Assembly (NCBI GenBank): GCA_016874555.1 | Contig: VGTW01000002.1 | Location: 909-64,908, forward strand | DNA: 64,000 bases | Direction of reading: 5' to 3' | Source: Gammaproteobacteria bacterium | Lineage (GTDB): Bacteria; Pseudomonadota; Gammaproteobacteria; Steroidobacterales; Steroidobacteraceae | Position numbers and translations under genes: made by a program | Shown: positions 17,809-27,476 of the stretch, one piece after another | Layout: the number at the start of each line of letters is the position of its first letter | Numbering within the stretch: position 1 is the stretch's first letter | The notes under the pieces: generated by a model | Seen by the model: the letters and a program-made list of their open reading frames with translations, nothing else | Database searches by the model: none | What the model was told of the DNA's origin: nothing

Positions 17809-18587
17809 GCGCCGGTTTTGCCAGTGTTCGCTGGATCGGCTTTCAGACTATCGTGCTACGCGAGATCGGGCGCATTCTGCGCATTTGGGGTCAGACCATC
17901 GTGCCCTCGGCAGTCACAGCGGCGCTGTACTTCGTGATCTTCGGCAGTCTGATCGGTCGGCGTATCGGGCAGATGGACGGCGTCGATTACACTCAGTACA
18001 TCGCCCCCGGCCTCATAATGATGGCGGTCATTACCAACGCCTATGCGAACGTCTCGTCGTCTTTCTTCGGCGCCAAGTTCCAGCGCTTTCTCGAAGAGAT
18101 CTCCGTGTCGCCGCAACCCCACTGGATAATCATTGCGGGGTATACCGGCGGTGGCGTGTTGCGCGGCCTGCTGGTGGGTCTTGCGGTAACGGTGATTTCT
18201 TTGGTTTTTACGCGTCTGCCGATACATCATCTATTAGTGACGGTAGTGGCGGTGTTACTGACCGCTGTAGTATTTTCTTTGGCGGGCTTCATCAACGGTT
18301 TATTCGCCAAGAATTTCGACCAGGTGAACTGGATTCCTACCTTCATCCTCACGCCGCTCACTTATTTTGGGGGCGTTTTTTACTCCATCAATTTGCTACC
18401 GGAGTGGGCACGTACCTTGTCTTACGCCAACCCCGTTCTGCATATGGTTAACGCCTTTCGTTACGGCTTCCTTGGCCGCTCCGACGTCCAACTAGGTCTG
18501 GCGTTCGGCATCATGACCTTGGCGGCGCTAGCCTTGTTTGGCGTTGCGCTCTGGCTCATGGAGCGTGGCACCGGCCTGCGCGACTGA
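17805..18587 (+). CDS. ABC-2 type transporter permease (YadH-like)
   Basis: 260 aa with six predicted hydrophobic spans. 4-nt ATGA overlap with the ATPase gene. Confidence 0.85.
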   Translation: MSAGFASVRWIGFQTIVLREIGRILRIWGQTIVPSAVTAALYFVIFGSLIGRRIGQMDGVDYTQYIAPGLIMMAVITNAYANVSSSFFGAKFQRFLEEISVSPQPHWIIIAGYTGGGVLRGLLVGLAVTVISLVFTRLPIHHLLVTVVAVLLTAVVFSLAGFINGLFAKNFDQVNWIPTFILTPLTYFGGVFYSINLLPEWARTLSYANPVLHMVNAFRYGFLGRSDVQLGLAFGIMTLAALALFGVALWLMERGTGLRD

Positions 18588-18621
18588 GGTCGCCGGGTCT
18601 GGCGCTCGTCCGCCACTCAAC

Positions 18622-19620
18622 ATGCACGAGCAATTCTACCCGCCGCGCTGGCTGAGCGGTGCGCACCTACAGTCGATCTTGCCGAGTTTGCCTGTGCGTC
18701 GAGTGTTGGTTGAGCGTCGCGCGCGTCCCTTGCTTACCGCAAGTCGCGAGTTGTTGCTCGATTGCGGGGACGGGGTCTGCTTGCAGGGGTTTTTCTCGGT
18801 GGCGCCGCCCACGATGAACGCAGTCACCAGGTCTCTTGTGGTGTTGCTGCACGGTTGGGAAGGCAGCGCTCGCTCGCTATACGTGCTGTCGTTGGCGCAG
18901 ACATTGCACGAGCATGGCCATGATGTCGTCAGGCTCAACCTGCGCGATCATGGCGATACGCACCACCTTAATCGCGAGTTGTTCCACTCGTGTCGATTAT
19001 CTGAGGTAGTGGGCGCAGTGAAACGGCTGCAGTTTCTGTTTCCATTGCATCGGCTTGTACTCGCCGGGTTTTCTTTGGGCGGTAATTTTATGCTGCGGGT
19101 AGCTGCAGACGCCGAGCGCGCCGATTTACGCATTGAGCACGCCTTTGGTGTGTCGCCGGTACTCGATCCGGCCGCCTGTCTGGATGCACTCGAAACTGGC
19201 TGGTCGCTCTATCACGACTATTTTGTGCGCAAGTGGCTGCGGTCGCTGCGTCTGAAGCAGCAGGCTTGGCCCGGGACCTTAGACTTCGGCGAATTATTTA
19301 AGTCGGGAGACCTGCGGGCGATGACGCGCGAGCTCGTTTTGCAGCACTCGGACTACGCCACAGTCGAAGAATACTTTCGCGGCTATGCTATCACCGAGGA
19401 TCGACTCGCCGGTCTTCGCGTACCTGCTACGCTGATCACTGCTTTGGACGACCCCATCATCCCGGCCAAGGACCTCGCTCGATTGGCGCGACCACCGACC
19501 TTGCGGGTGATTACCACTACGACCGGCGGACATTGCGGATTTTTTGATTCTTTAAACGGCCCGGGCTGGGCGGATCGATTCATCCTGCGCTCGCTGGGAG
19601 CCACATCGGGGTCTGCTTGA
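18622..19620 (+). CDS. alpha/beta hydrolase, YheT/ABHD1-3-like
   Basis: ATG at 18622 gives MHEQFYPPRWLSGAHLQSILPSL, the typical YheT N-terminus. HGWEGS oxyanion region and nucleophile elbow GFSLGGN. Confidence 0.75.
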   Translation: MHEQFYPPRWLSGAHLQSILPSLPVRRVLVERRARPLLTASRELLLDCGDGVCLQGFFSVAPPTMNAVTRSLVVLLHGWEGSARSLYVLSLAQTLHEHGHDVVRLNLRDHGDTHHLNRELFHSCRLSEVVGAVKRLQFLFPLHRLVLAGFSLGGNFMLRVAADAERADLRIEHAFGVSPVLDPAACLDALETGWSLYHDYFVRKWLRSLRLKQQAWPGTLDFGELFKSGDLRAMTRELVLQHSDYATVEEYFRGYAITEDRLAGLRVPATLITALDDPIIPAKDLARLARPPTLRVITTTTGGHCGFFDSLNGPGWADRFILRSLGATSGSA

Positions 19621-19634
19621 CCTAGAATCGGGTG

Positions 19635-20426
19635 ATGCATCGACCCTTTCGCATGCGTGTCGTTTTGTTGCTGGCGCTGCTGCTCGCCGGCTGCGGTGAG
19701 CTGCAGGACTGGCGCAGTACGCAGCGGGCCGACACGCTCGAGGCTTACGAGGCCTTCGTCGAGCAGTATCCGCAGAGTCAGTACGTACCGGTTGCACAGC
19801 GGCGCCTCGCTGATCTCGTCGAGCAGCGCGATTGGTTGATCGCCACCGAGTCCGATACGGCCGAGAGCTACCGAGCCTTCATCAACAATTATCCGAAGGG
19901 ACGTTGGATGCGCGAGGCGCGTGTGCGCCTGCAGAATTTTCTATCGACGCCCGGCGTGCTGGGCCCGGCGGCGATCGAACCGGTCGAGTCTCCAGAGCCG
20001 CCCGGCATGCTGCCGAACGCCCCGGCACCGATCGAGGACACGATGCCGGGCGGCGAGAAAGATGCGCATGCCAAAACGAGCGCCGACACGAGTGCCAATA
20101 CGAGAGCCGAGACGAGTCCGAGCTCGCCGCCAGCCGCGCCGCTTGTTGCCGCACCTGCGGTCAACGTCGAGCCAGCGCCCGTCACCCATCGTATCCAGCT
20201 CGGAGCTTATTCGAGTCGCGAAAAGGCCCTCGAGGCTTGGCGAGAGGTGCGGGCCCGCCACGTCGAACTGCAGGGTCTGGTCTCGCAGGCCGTGCTCGGC
20301 TCGAACGGCAAGGTCGAGATCTATCGGCTACAGGCCAGTATCGCCAGCGAGGAGCGCGCACGCGAGATCTGCCGAGTGCTGCTCGCAGCGCGTCAGGGCT
20401 GCGTATACGTAACGCCAGGACGCTGA
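19635..20426 (+). CDS. SPOR domain lipoprotein with two N-terminal helical repeats
   Basis: Lipobox LLLAGC. Duplicated motif DTLEAYEAFVEQYPQSQYVPVAQRRL / DTAESYRAFINNYPKGRWMREARVRL, a Pro/Ala-rich linker, and a C-terminal SPOR-like HRIQLGAYSSREKALEAW...IYRLQA. Confidence 0.7.
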   Translation: MHRPFRMRVVLLLALLLAGCGELQDWRSTQRADTLEAYEAFVEQYPQSQYVPVAQRRLADLVEQRDWLIATESDTAESYRAFINNYPKGRWMREARVRLQNFLSTPGVLGPAAIEPVESPEPPGMLPNAPAPIEDTMPGGEKDAHAKTSADTSANTRAETSPSSPPAAPLVAAPAVNVEPAPVTHRIQLGAYSSREKALEAWREVRARHVELQGLVSQAVLGSNGKVEIYRLQASIASEERAREICRVLLAARQGCVYVTPGR

Positions 20427-20462
20427 TTTTCAGCTGCGCTGCGAATCATCGATCACCCGAGT

Positions 20463-21359
20463 ATGTACGAAAATTTCTTTGGTCTGACCGAACCGCCATT
20501 TTCGATCACGCCCGACCCGCGCTATCTCTATCCCAGTGCGCGGCACACTGAGGCACTCGGCCATCTGTTCTATGGCGTGAGTGCGGCAGGGGGTTTCATC
20601 CAACTCACTGGTGAAGTGGGTACCGGTAAGACCACGGTAGTTCGCTCGCTACTCGCCCGCGCACCCGCCGATGTCGACATCGCGCTCATTCTCAATCCGC
20701 GGGTGACGGTTACCGAGTTCCTGCAGACGATTTGCGAGGAATTGGGCGTGGCCGTAACTGTCGATGATCGCAATAGCGTGAAATCTTTGGTCGATGCCTT
20801 GACAGCGCGGCTGCTCGAGGCTCATGCGGCGGGGCGGCGTGTCGCCGTACTGATTGACGAGGCGCATCTTCTGGAGCGCGATGTGCTCGAGCAGGTACGA
20901 CTGCTGACGAACATCGAGACTGCGACTCGCAAGTTGCTGCAGGTGATCCTCATCGGCCAGCCAGAACTGAGCGATTTGCTCACCCGAGAAGACATGCGCC
21001 AAGTCGCACAGCGGATCACGGGTAGACTGCATCTCGATCCGCTGTATGCAGAGGAGACTGCCGCCTATGTTCGTCACCGTTTGCGAGTCGCCGGTGCCAC
21101 CCAAGAAATCTTCACGCCGGCCGCACTGCGTGAATTGCATCGTCAGGGTCGGGGGTTGCCGCGTCTCGTCAACGTTATTGCCGACCGGGCAATGCTTGCG
21201 GCATTCGCGAGTGATCGCCACGAGATCAAACCCGCGATCGTGCGAGTGGCCGCAGCCGAGGTAGCCGGAACAACCCGACGCACGCGGCCATGGATTTGGC
21301 TGGCGATCGTGGCGACTGCGCTGGCGATTGCTAGCACCGCGTTGGTGTGGCTACGCTGA
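20463..21359 (+). CDS. ExeA/GspA-family AAA ATPase, short form with C-terminal membrane anchor
   Basis: N-terminus MYENFFGLTEPPFSITPDPRYLY, Walker A GEVGTGKTT, Walker B VLIDEAH. It ends in the hydrophobic helix WIWLAIVATALAIASTALVWL with no periplasmic domain. Confidence 0.75.
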   Translation: MYENFFGLTEPPFSITPDPRYLYPSARHTEALGHLFYGVSAAGGFIQLTGEVGTGKTTVVRSLLARAPADVDIALILNPRVTVTEFLQTICEELGVAVTVDDRNSVKSLVDALTARLLEAHAAGRRVAVLIDEAHLLERDVLEQVRLLTNIETATRKLLQVILIGQPELSDLLTREDMRQVAQRITGRLHLDPLYAEETAAYVRHRLRVAGATQEIFTPAALRELHRQGRGLPRLVNVIADRAMLAAFASDRHEIKPAIVRVAAAEVAGTTRRTRPWIWLAIVATALAIASTALVWLR

Positions 21360-21404
21360 CGAATTTCGCCGTACTGCCGTGCAAAGAAAACACGAGACCA
21401 ATTT

Positions 21405-23417
21405 ATGAAGATACCCTCGAATAGGCGCTACTCAGCAAGACTGTTTCTCTCGGTGATCGTAACGTGGTTAGTGATCGATACCGCGGTCGCCGCGCCTGCC
21501 ACCGCCACGCCTACGACGAAAGAGGACGATTGGGTAGCGTTTGGGCGCGATCCCGGAGGCAGTCAGTACTCGCCGCTCGCGCAAATCGACGCCAACAATG
21601 TACGTAATTTGCGTCGGGCATGGACGCATCGCAGCGGCGATTTCATTGACGCACCCTCGCCTAAGGGATCTATATTGCAGGCAACCCCCGTGCATGTGAA
21701 TGGAACGCTCTATTTCTGCACGCCGTTTAATCGGGTGTTTGCGCTCGATGCAGAAACCGGACGCGAGCGCTGGGTATTCGACCCGCATAGCCCTGATCCG
21801 CAGACGGGTCGTGAGGCCCTCAGCCCTCCGCGGACCACGGCCAGTCGCTGTCGCGGTGTTGCCTATTGGGACAGTGCCTTGACAGCTGACTCTCTGACAG
21901 CAGACCTGAAGAAATCAGCAGCCGAGACGCCGTGTCGGCGCCGCATCTTCAAGAATGGCGAAAACGCGCGTGTCTACGCGCTGGACGCTGATACTGGCGC
22001 TCTATGCGCCGATTTCGGCTCTGCAAAGGGACATCCCGGCTGGGCGTCGCATGCCGACTACGAAAATCACGGCGAAGGCGTCATGGCTTCATCTACCTCG
22101 CCGCCAGCCGTGTTGGGGGACATCGTGATCGCCGCGATGGCGGTCAATGATGGTATCGCCAACGCTAAGGACGGCATCGTGCGCGCTTTCGATGTCCGCA
22201 GTGGCGAGTTACGCTGGGAGTTCAACCCGATTCCGCCCGAGTTTCGCAGCCGAAGCGGGGCGGCGAACGTGTGGTCGACGATCAGCGTCGATGTGGCGAA
22301 CAACCTCGTGTTTCTGCCCACCACGAGTCCATCGACCGACTACTACGGTGGCGGACGTCGTTTCGAGATGCCGTTAGCGAATGCCATTGTCGCGCTCGAT
22401 GGCGCGACGGGCAAAGTCGTCTGGTCGCGACAAGTGGTCCGCCACGACTTGTTCGACTATGACCTCGTGAGTCATCCGCTGCTGGTCGACATCCGTCGCG
22501 ATGGCCTTATCGTGCAGGCCGCCCTGCTACAGACAAAGATGGGTTGGCTGTACGGATTCGATCGTCTAACGGGCGAGCCGCTTTGGCCCATTGTTGATCG
22601 CGAGGTGCCAGCGAGTGATGTGCCGGGCGAGGCGGCTGCAGCGACGCAGCCAGTGCCGCAGGGTATGGCGCCCTTCGCCAGACAGACTCTGCAGCGCAAA
22701 GATTTGTTCGGCATCACGCCCCTCGATACGTATGCTTGCAGACGCCGTTTCGACGAGTTGCGCTACGAGGGCATGTACACGCCGCCCTCCGTTCGTGGCT
22801 CGATACTCTTTCCGTCGGCCTTGGGCGGCGGTAATTGGGGTGGCGCCGCTTACGATCCAGCGACCAATTCGCTGATCCTCAAAGCCGAAAACCTGGCGAC
22901 GGTACTGCGGGTGATTCCGAAGAAAGACTCTGCCGAAGATCAGCAGCCGCCCAAAGATTATCTGACTCGACCTTTAGTCGGTACACCCTATCGGATCGAA
23001 GGTGAGCTCTTCAATTCGCCCCTCGGTGTACCGTGCACGCCGCCGCCCTGGGGCACACTGATGGCGCTCGATCTCGGAACCGGCCAAGCACGCTGGAAAA
23101 TCCCACTGGGGCAGATTCGTCGCGCGGGCGTGACCGTTCCCAAGGGCGCCGGTTGGGGCTCACCGAACGTGGCCGGACCCATGACGACAGCGGGCGGGCT
23201 GGTGTTCATTGGCGCCACGATGGATTCGAAGTTGCGAGCACTCGACACCCGCACGGGCAAAGAATTGTGGTCGGCCGATCTGCCAGTCCCCGGCATGGCC
23301 GTTCCCATGACGTACTCCGTCGATGGCAAGCAATACGTGGTCATCGCGGCTGGCGGCAACGCCCAGGTGGGTACGCCTATCGGCGATTATTTGATCGCTT
23401 ACGCCTTGCCCGACTGA
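21405..23417 (+). CDS. PQQ-dependent dehydrogenase (glucose/quinate dehydrogenase family), periplasmic form
   Basis: 670 aa with a signal/anchor helix. Repeated beta-propeller W-motifs (e.g. LRWEFNP, VVWSRQ, PLWPI, ARWKIPLG, ELWSADLP). It lacks the five-helix N-terminal domain of membrane GDH. Confidence 0.8.
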   Translation: MKIPSNRRYSARLFLSVIVTWLVIDTAVAAPATATPTTKEDDWVAFGRDPGGSQYSPLAQIDANNVRNLRRAWTHRSGDFIDAPSPKGSILQATPVHVNGTLYFCTPFNRVFALDAETGRERWVFDPHSPDPQTGREALSPPRTTASRCRGVAYWDSALTADSLTADLKKSAAETPCRRRIFKNGENARVYALDADTGALCADFGSAKGHPGWASHADYENHGEGVMASSTSPPAVLGDIVIAAMAVNDGIANAKDGIVRAFDVRSGELRWEFNPIPPEFRSRSGAANVWSTISVDVANNLVFLPTTSPSTDYYGGGRRFEMPLANAIVALDGATGKVVWSRQVVRHDLFDYDLVSHPLLVDIRRDGLIVQAALLQTKMGWLYGFDRLTGEPLWPIVDREVPASDVPGEAAAATQPVPQGMAPFARQTLQRKDLFGITPLDTYACRRRFDELRYEGMYTPPSVRGSILFPSALGGGNWGGAAYDPATNSLILKAENLATVLRVIPKKDSAEDQQPPKDYLTRPLVGTPYRIEGELFNSPLGVPCTPPPWGTLMALDLGTGQARWKIPLGQIRRAGVTVPKGAGWGSPNVAGPMTTAGGLVFIGATMDSKLRALDTRTGKELWSADLPVPGMAVPMTYSVDGKQYVVIAAGGNAQVGTPIGDYLIAYALPD

Positions 23418-24349
23418 GCGAGCAGCCGGGTCAGCAGGGCGAAAATGCCGTCGCCGTTCGCGCGCGTGGCCCATTGCACGTTCTGAGCGCGGTCCGGCTG
23501 CGAGCGGAATTCGACGGCCGTATGGCCCGCAGTCAGAGCCGATTCCGTTTCGACATCGACGTGACAGCGCCTAAATTCGAACAGCGAAGGATCGATCAGC
23601 CAAGCGATCGGGCAGGGGTCATGCAGGGGTGAGCCTTGCTCGTGCGGTCCATTGGCAGGTAGCGCATTGGAGAACTCGAGCAGGTCGTGCGCCGTACCTG
23701 CGACCGAAGTGTCGAGCGCCGCAAGCGACGCAATTCTTGCGGGTGTGGCTCGAACCTGATGAGTCGCATCGAGGCCGAAGGCATATACCGGTGGTCCCGC
23801 ATTGAAAACCACCTGCGCCGCGTGCGGATCTGCGTAGATATTGTATTCGGCAGAGGGCGTGATATTACCGCCTGCGCTGCGCGCACCACCCATGACCGCA
23901 AATTCGCGAACCCCGCGCAGTATCCCGGGACGATGCTGTATCGCGGTGGCGATATTGGTCATCGGCCCGGTGATCACCAAAGAAATCGAGGCGGCCGGCG
24001 CAGTCGTCAGTTCGCGGATCAGAAACTCGACTGCATGCAGTGCCTCCGGACCTTTGCGCGGCGTTCGTATCGGCAGATCGCCGAGGCCTGACTCGCCATG
24101 AAAATGACCGGCTCCCACAGGCTTACGCTGCATGGGCTGTGCGCAGCCCGCGTACACGGGGGTATCCTCCCGAGCCGCGATTTCTCGGATCAGACAGGCG
24201 TTACGGGCGGTCAGGGTGGCAGCAACGTTGCCGGCGACGGTTGTGATGCCGCGCAGATTGAGCATGTCGCTCGCGGCAAACGCGAGCAGCAGGGCAACGC
24301 CGTCGTCGACCCCTGGGTCACAATCGATGATGACCGCAGACGTGTGCAT
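23399..24349 (-). CDS. nucleoside hydrolase (inosine/uridine-preferring family)
   Basis: 316 aa. N-terminal aspartate cluster IIDCDPGVDDGVALLLA. Its ATG directly abuts the stop of the upstream gene (TGAATG). Confidence 0.85.
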   Translation of the reverse strand: MHTSAVIIDCDPGVDDGVALLLAFAASDMLNLRGITTVAGNVAATLTARNACLIREIAAREDTPVYAGCAQPMQRKPVGAGHFHGESGLGDLPIRTPRKGPEALHAVEFLIRELTTAPAASISLVITGPMTNIATAIQHRPGILRGVREFAVMGGARSAGGNITPSAEYNIYADPHAAQVVFNAGPPVYAFGLDATHQVRATPARIASLAALDTSVAGTAHDLLEFSNALPANGPHEQGSPLHDPCPIAWLIDPSLFEFRRCHVDVETESALTAGHTAVEFRSQPDRAQNVQWATRANGDGIFALLTRLLAQSGKA

Positions 24350-25306
24350 TCAGGCGGGTAGTGCGTCCCAATAAGCCTCGATGCGCTTACGTATCGCGGC
24401 ATCGGGCAGACGCCCTTGCGCAGCACCGAGATTGTCTTCGAGATTTGCGACTTTGGTCATGCCCGGAATCGCACAGGTGACCGCCGGATGCGAGACGACA
24501 TACTTCAAAAAAAGTTGGCCCCAGCTGCGCGCATCGAACTCCGCTGTCCAGTCCGGTAATTTTTTTTCACGAACACGGCCGAACAGATTACTGTCGCGTC
24601 GGCCGCCAAAGGGCAGATTGACCAGTACGGCAATGCCTTTCTCGGCTGCCAGTGGTAGTACCTCATCGGCGGCGCCACGATTACCGAGCGAGTAGTCAAC
24701 CTGAATGAAGTCCAGCTTTTGCGTGCGCATGAGACGCAACATGTCGGGATACTGTGCGTCCTGTGAGGTGGTGATTCCGACGTAGCGAATCCGCTTCTCA
24801 GCCACCCAGTCCGCCATCAGTGGCAGCAGCGCCTCGGCGCCGATCAGGTTGTGCACCTGCATCAGCTCAATGAAATTGGTCTGCAATCGACGCATCGATT
24901 CATCCATGCTGGCGATGCCCTCTTCGCGCGTGCCCCCGCGTGCCGTGACCTTGGTGGCAACGAAGGCCTTCGATCGATTGCCGATCTCGGCAAGCAGCTC
25001 GCCGATCAAGCGCTCGGATTCGCGATAGAGAGGGGCCGTATCGATGACGCTGAGGCCAGCAGCCGTGAGCCGTTCGAGCACGGCACGACGGGCTGCCCGC
25101 TCTTCTGGCGTGGTCGGGCTGTAATTGTTGGTGCCGACGCCAATGAGAGGAATCTTTTCGCCGCTCGACGGGATAATCTTGCGCAGCAACCCTGCAGCGA
25201 ATGTCGGTGCACCCGTTGCCGAAAGGCCGGCGACGGCACCGCTCGCCATGCCGAGCAGTAAAGCCGTACGACGATTGATCAGCGCATTGATGATTCGATT
25301 GCTCAA
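24350..25306 (-). CDS. aldo/keto reductase with twin-arginine signal
   Basis: A TTG at 25306, preceded by GGAG, gives (M)SNRIINALINRRTALLLGMASGAVAGLSATGAPTFA. The AKR body follows (GVGTNNY, DTAPLYRESE). The TTG overlaps the upstream TGA (TTGA). The longer ATG-initiated ORF would overlap the upstream gene by about 100 nt. Confidence 0.8.
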   Translation of the reverse strand: MSNRIINALINRRTALLLGMASGAVAGLSATGAPTFAAGLLRKIIPSSGEKIPLIGVGTNNYSPTTPEERAARRAVLERLTAAGLSVIDTAPLYRESERLIGELLAEIGNRSKAFVATKVTARGGTREEGIASMDESMRRLQTNFIELMQVHNLIGAEALLPLMADWVAEKRIRYVGITTSQDAQYPDMLRLMRTQKLDFIQVDYSLGNRGAADEVLPLAAEKGIAVLVNLPFGGRRDSNLFGRVREKKLPDWTAEFDARSWGQLFLKYVVSHPAVTCAIPGMTKVANLEDNLGAAQGRLPDAAIRKRIEAYWDALPA

Positions 25307-26061
25307 AGGTGATCTCCAATGATGTGTCTGGACGGCAGTAGCAGCTGCGGCGTGGATGGCGTGCATTCTGGCGCGACTGCGCGCAGCAGCATCCATGCCA
25401 AACAAAGATTGGACGATATCACCGGAATCGGCAACTCGCGGTGAGCAGTACTTAGCGCCCGCAAGGTCGGCATCCCGGTGCCACTAAGAACCAGTGCCTC
25501 GGCGCGCCCCTGCGTGAGTTTGCGCAGTGCGCCTAGCGCATCGTCGCTGGTCATTTCATAGATGTCGTGGGTATCGGTGAGCGCTGGATCGACTCGCAGG
25601 CGTGTGACGATGTCGATGCCGGCGTCTTTCCAGTAGCGGTAGCCCGCCTCGGCGAGCCTTTCGGGGTAGGGCGAAATCAGCGCGATACGCTGTACGTCTA
25701 ACGCTTGCAGTGTACCGCGAATGGCTTGTGCGGCCGTGATGACGGGGATGCCGCGTGTTTTCGCGGCCGCCGCCGTCAGCTCGTCCTCGAGCGCCGGGCC
25801 TGCGCGATAGCTCGAGCCTGTGCAGCCAAAGCCGAAGGCGGCCAGGCGCATCGACCCGAAGCTCGCGATCGCTTCAGGGATGTGTCGGATGTAATAGTCG
25901 AGGCGTGTTTCGACGTCTGGGGCCGGATGCACCAGGCGAGTCGCATAAACGGCGATGCCCTCCGGCAGGAGGGCGCGCAGTTCTGGTTCGACGGTGGGAT
26001 TGGCCTGCGGCGTCGCCACACCCAAACGGGCGCGGGCGCCGTAGTCCGTGCTCATTCGCAA
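25303..26061 (-). CDS. Asp/Glu racemase superfamily protein, arylmalonate decarboxylase / maleate isomerase-like
   Basis: 252 aa. It aligns by eye to Bordetella AMDase (remembered): GFGCTGSSYRAG vs LMGTSLSFYRG, and VLSGTGMPTLRAL...IPVISS vs LLSCGGLLTLDAI...VPVVSS. Confidence 0.75.
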   Translation of the reverse strand: MRMSTDYGARARLGVATPQANPTVEPELRALLPEGIAVYATRLVHPAPDVETRLDYYIRHIPEAIASFGSMRLAAFGFGCTGSSYRAGPALEDELTAAAAKTRGIPVITAAQAIRGTLQALDVQRIALISPYPERLAEAGYRYWKDAGIDIVTRLRVDPALTDTHDIYEMTSDDALGALRKLTQGRAEALVLSGTGMPTLRALSTAHRELPIPVISSNLCLAWMLLRAVAPECTPSTPQLLLPSRHIIGDHL

Positions 26062-26429
26062 AGGCTTACGAGATACCCCTGAGCCACCGGTGACAAGCGC
26101 TTCATGGCAAGGGCGCGAGCCTTCGGTGCATCGACGAGATGCTCGAGCGGCCCGGATACGAGCATGCGCAGGACCTGCGGGTCCCTGCGGGACACGGCGG
26201 CCATTTTGTTGAGTACGGTGAAACCGCGGTAGATCTTGGCGCGCGGCGCGCCGCGGTTTTCGATGGAGCGAGCGAGGTATTGGCCGAAGCGGGAGTACAG
26301 GAAGTAGTCGTCGTCACCGACGTCGAAACGGGCTTCGGCAAAGAAGTCCGGGAAGTTCCTTTCTAGATACTGATTGACCTTGAGAAGACGGGGTCCAGGG
26401 TCGTTGTCTTGCGACGCTGCAATCTTCAT
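26052..26429 (-). CDS. hypothetical protein
   Basis: 125 aa with GGAGG 13 nt upstream of the ATG. Its 3' end overlaps the next gene by 10 nt. I recognise no motif. Confidence 0.55.
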   Translation of the reverse strand: MKIAASQDNDPGPRLLKVNQYLERNFPDFFAEARFDVGDDDYFLYSRFGQYLARSIENRGAPRAKIYRGFTVLNKMAAVSRRDPQVLRMLVSGPLEHLVDAPKARALAMKRLSPVAQGYLVSLCE

Positions 26430-26573
26430 TTCTTCTTGTCCACCTCCATCGGGTCCGAACAGCCATCTCTGGACGTTCCGAGCGGCACCACACCTCGTAA
26501 CGCGCGCGAAAATTAAGACACACTGACCGCAAGTGCAATACCTTTGGACAAATTTTCTCTGGGATACCGCCCA

Positions 26574-27314
26574 ATGACCGACGACTCACCACTCACGCTC
26601 GAGAGTTTTCGGGCTCCGCTGCACGCCTTAGTGTTTGGAGCGAGTGGCGGTATCGGCGCCGCTTGCGTCGATCTGCTGGCTCCGCACCCTTGCGTTGCCG
26701 CGGTTTATGCCGCGTCACGAACCGCGACGGCGCCGTGGAATTTCTCACTGGAGGACGAGGGCTCAATCGCAGGCGTCGCGGCGGCGGCGGCGGCGGCCGC
26801 AGGCCCGCTGGATCTCGTCATCGTTGCTACGGGGGTGTTGCATGCCGAGAACCTGCTACCCGAAAAAACCTGGCGCAGTATGGATGCTGCTGCGCTCGCG
26901 CGCGCCTTCGCCGTGAATGCGACCGGGCCCGCGTTGATCGCCAAGCACACGCTCGGTTTGTTGCGGCGCGATGCCAAGTCGGTGTTCGCCTGTCTCTCGG
27001 CGCGTGTCGGTTCGATCGAGGACAACCGACTCGGCGGTTGGCATGCGTATCGCGCCTCCAAAGCGGCACTCAACATGCTGGTCCGAAGCTGCGCCGTGGA
27101 ACTTCGCCAGCGTAACGCGGGCGCGCTCTGCGTAGCGCTGCATCCCGGCACGGTCGACACACGGCTTTCCAAGCCGTTTCAGGCGGGTGTGGAGCCTGCA
27201 AAACTCCTCACGCCGCAGCGCTCAGCGCGCGCGCTGCTCAGGGTGCTTGATCGCCTGACCCCTGCCGACAGCGGGCGACTCTGGGCTTGGGATGGGCGGT
27301 CCATTCCCTTTTAG
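26574..27314 (+). CDS. SDR family oxidoreductase (C-factor-like)
   Basis: Rossmann motif ALVFGASGGIGAA and catalytic YRASKAAL. The start is taken at ATG 26574; TTG 26544 is also possible. Confidence 0.8.
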   Translation: MTDDSPLTLESFRAPLHALVFGASGGIGAACVDLLAPHPCVAAVYAASRTATAPWNFSLEDEGSIAGVAAAAAAAAGPLDLVIVATGVLHAENLLPEKTWRSMDAAALARAFAVNATGPALIAKHTLGLLRRDAKSVFACLSARVGSIEDNRLGGWHAYRASKAALNMLVRSCAVELRQRNAGALCVALHPGTVDTRLSKPFQAGVEPAKLLTPQRSARALLRVLDRLTPADSGRLWAWDGRSIPF

Positions 27315-27476
27315 TCCTGAATCGACCTCCCGAAGCCGGTGGTGGGTTCGGGGCCTGCTGGATAGCTCGCCGATTTGGGATGGACCCAGACGATGAGCGC
27401 GACCAAGACTGCCTCAGGCCCGACCGACCCAGGCTGCAGGCAGATTCCGTGGCGATCGGGCTTAAGCAAAACACCG

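Noticed and set aside
26770-26800. GCG/GCC triplet run (gcggcggcggcggcggccgca)
   Set aside because: It is simply a poly-Ala stretch (VAAAAAAAAG) inside the SDR gene. It is not a CRISPR, a VNTR array or an intergenic repeat.
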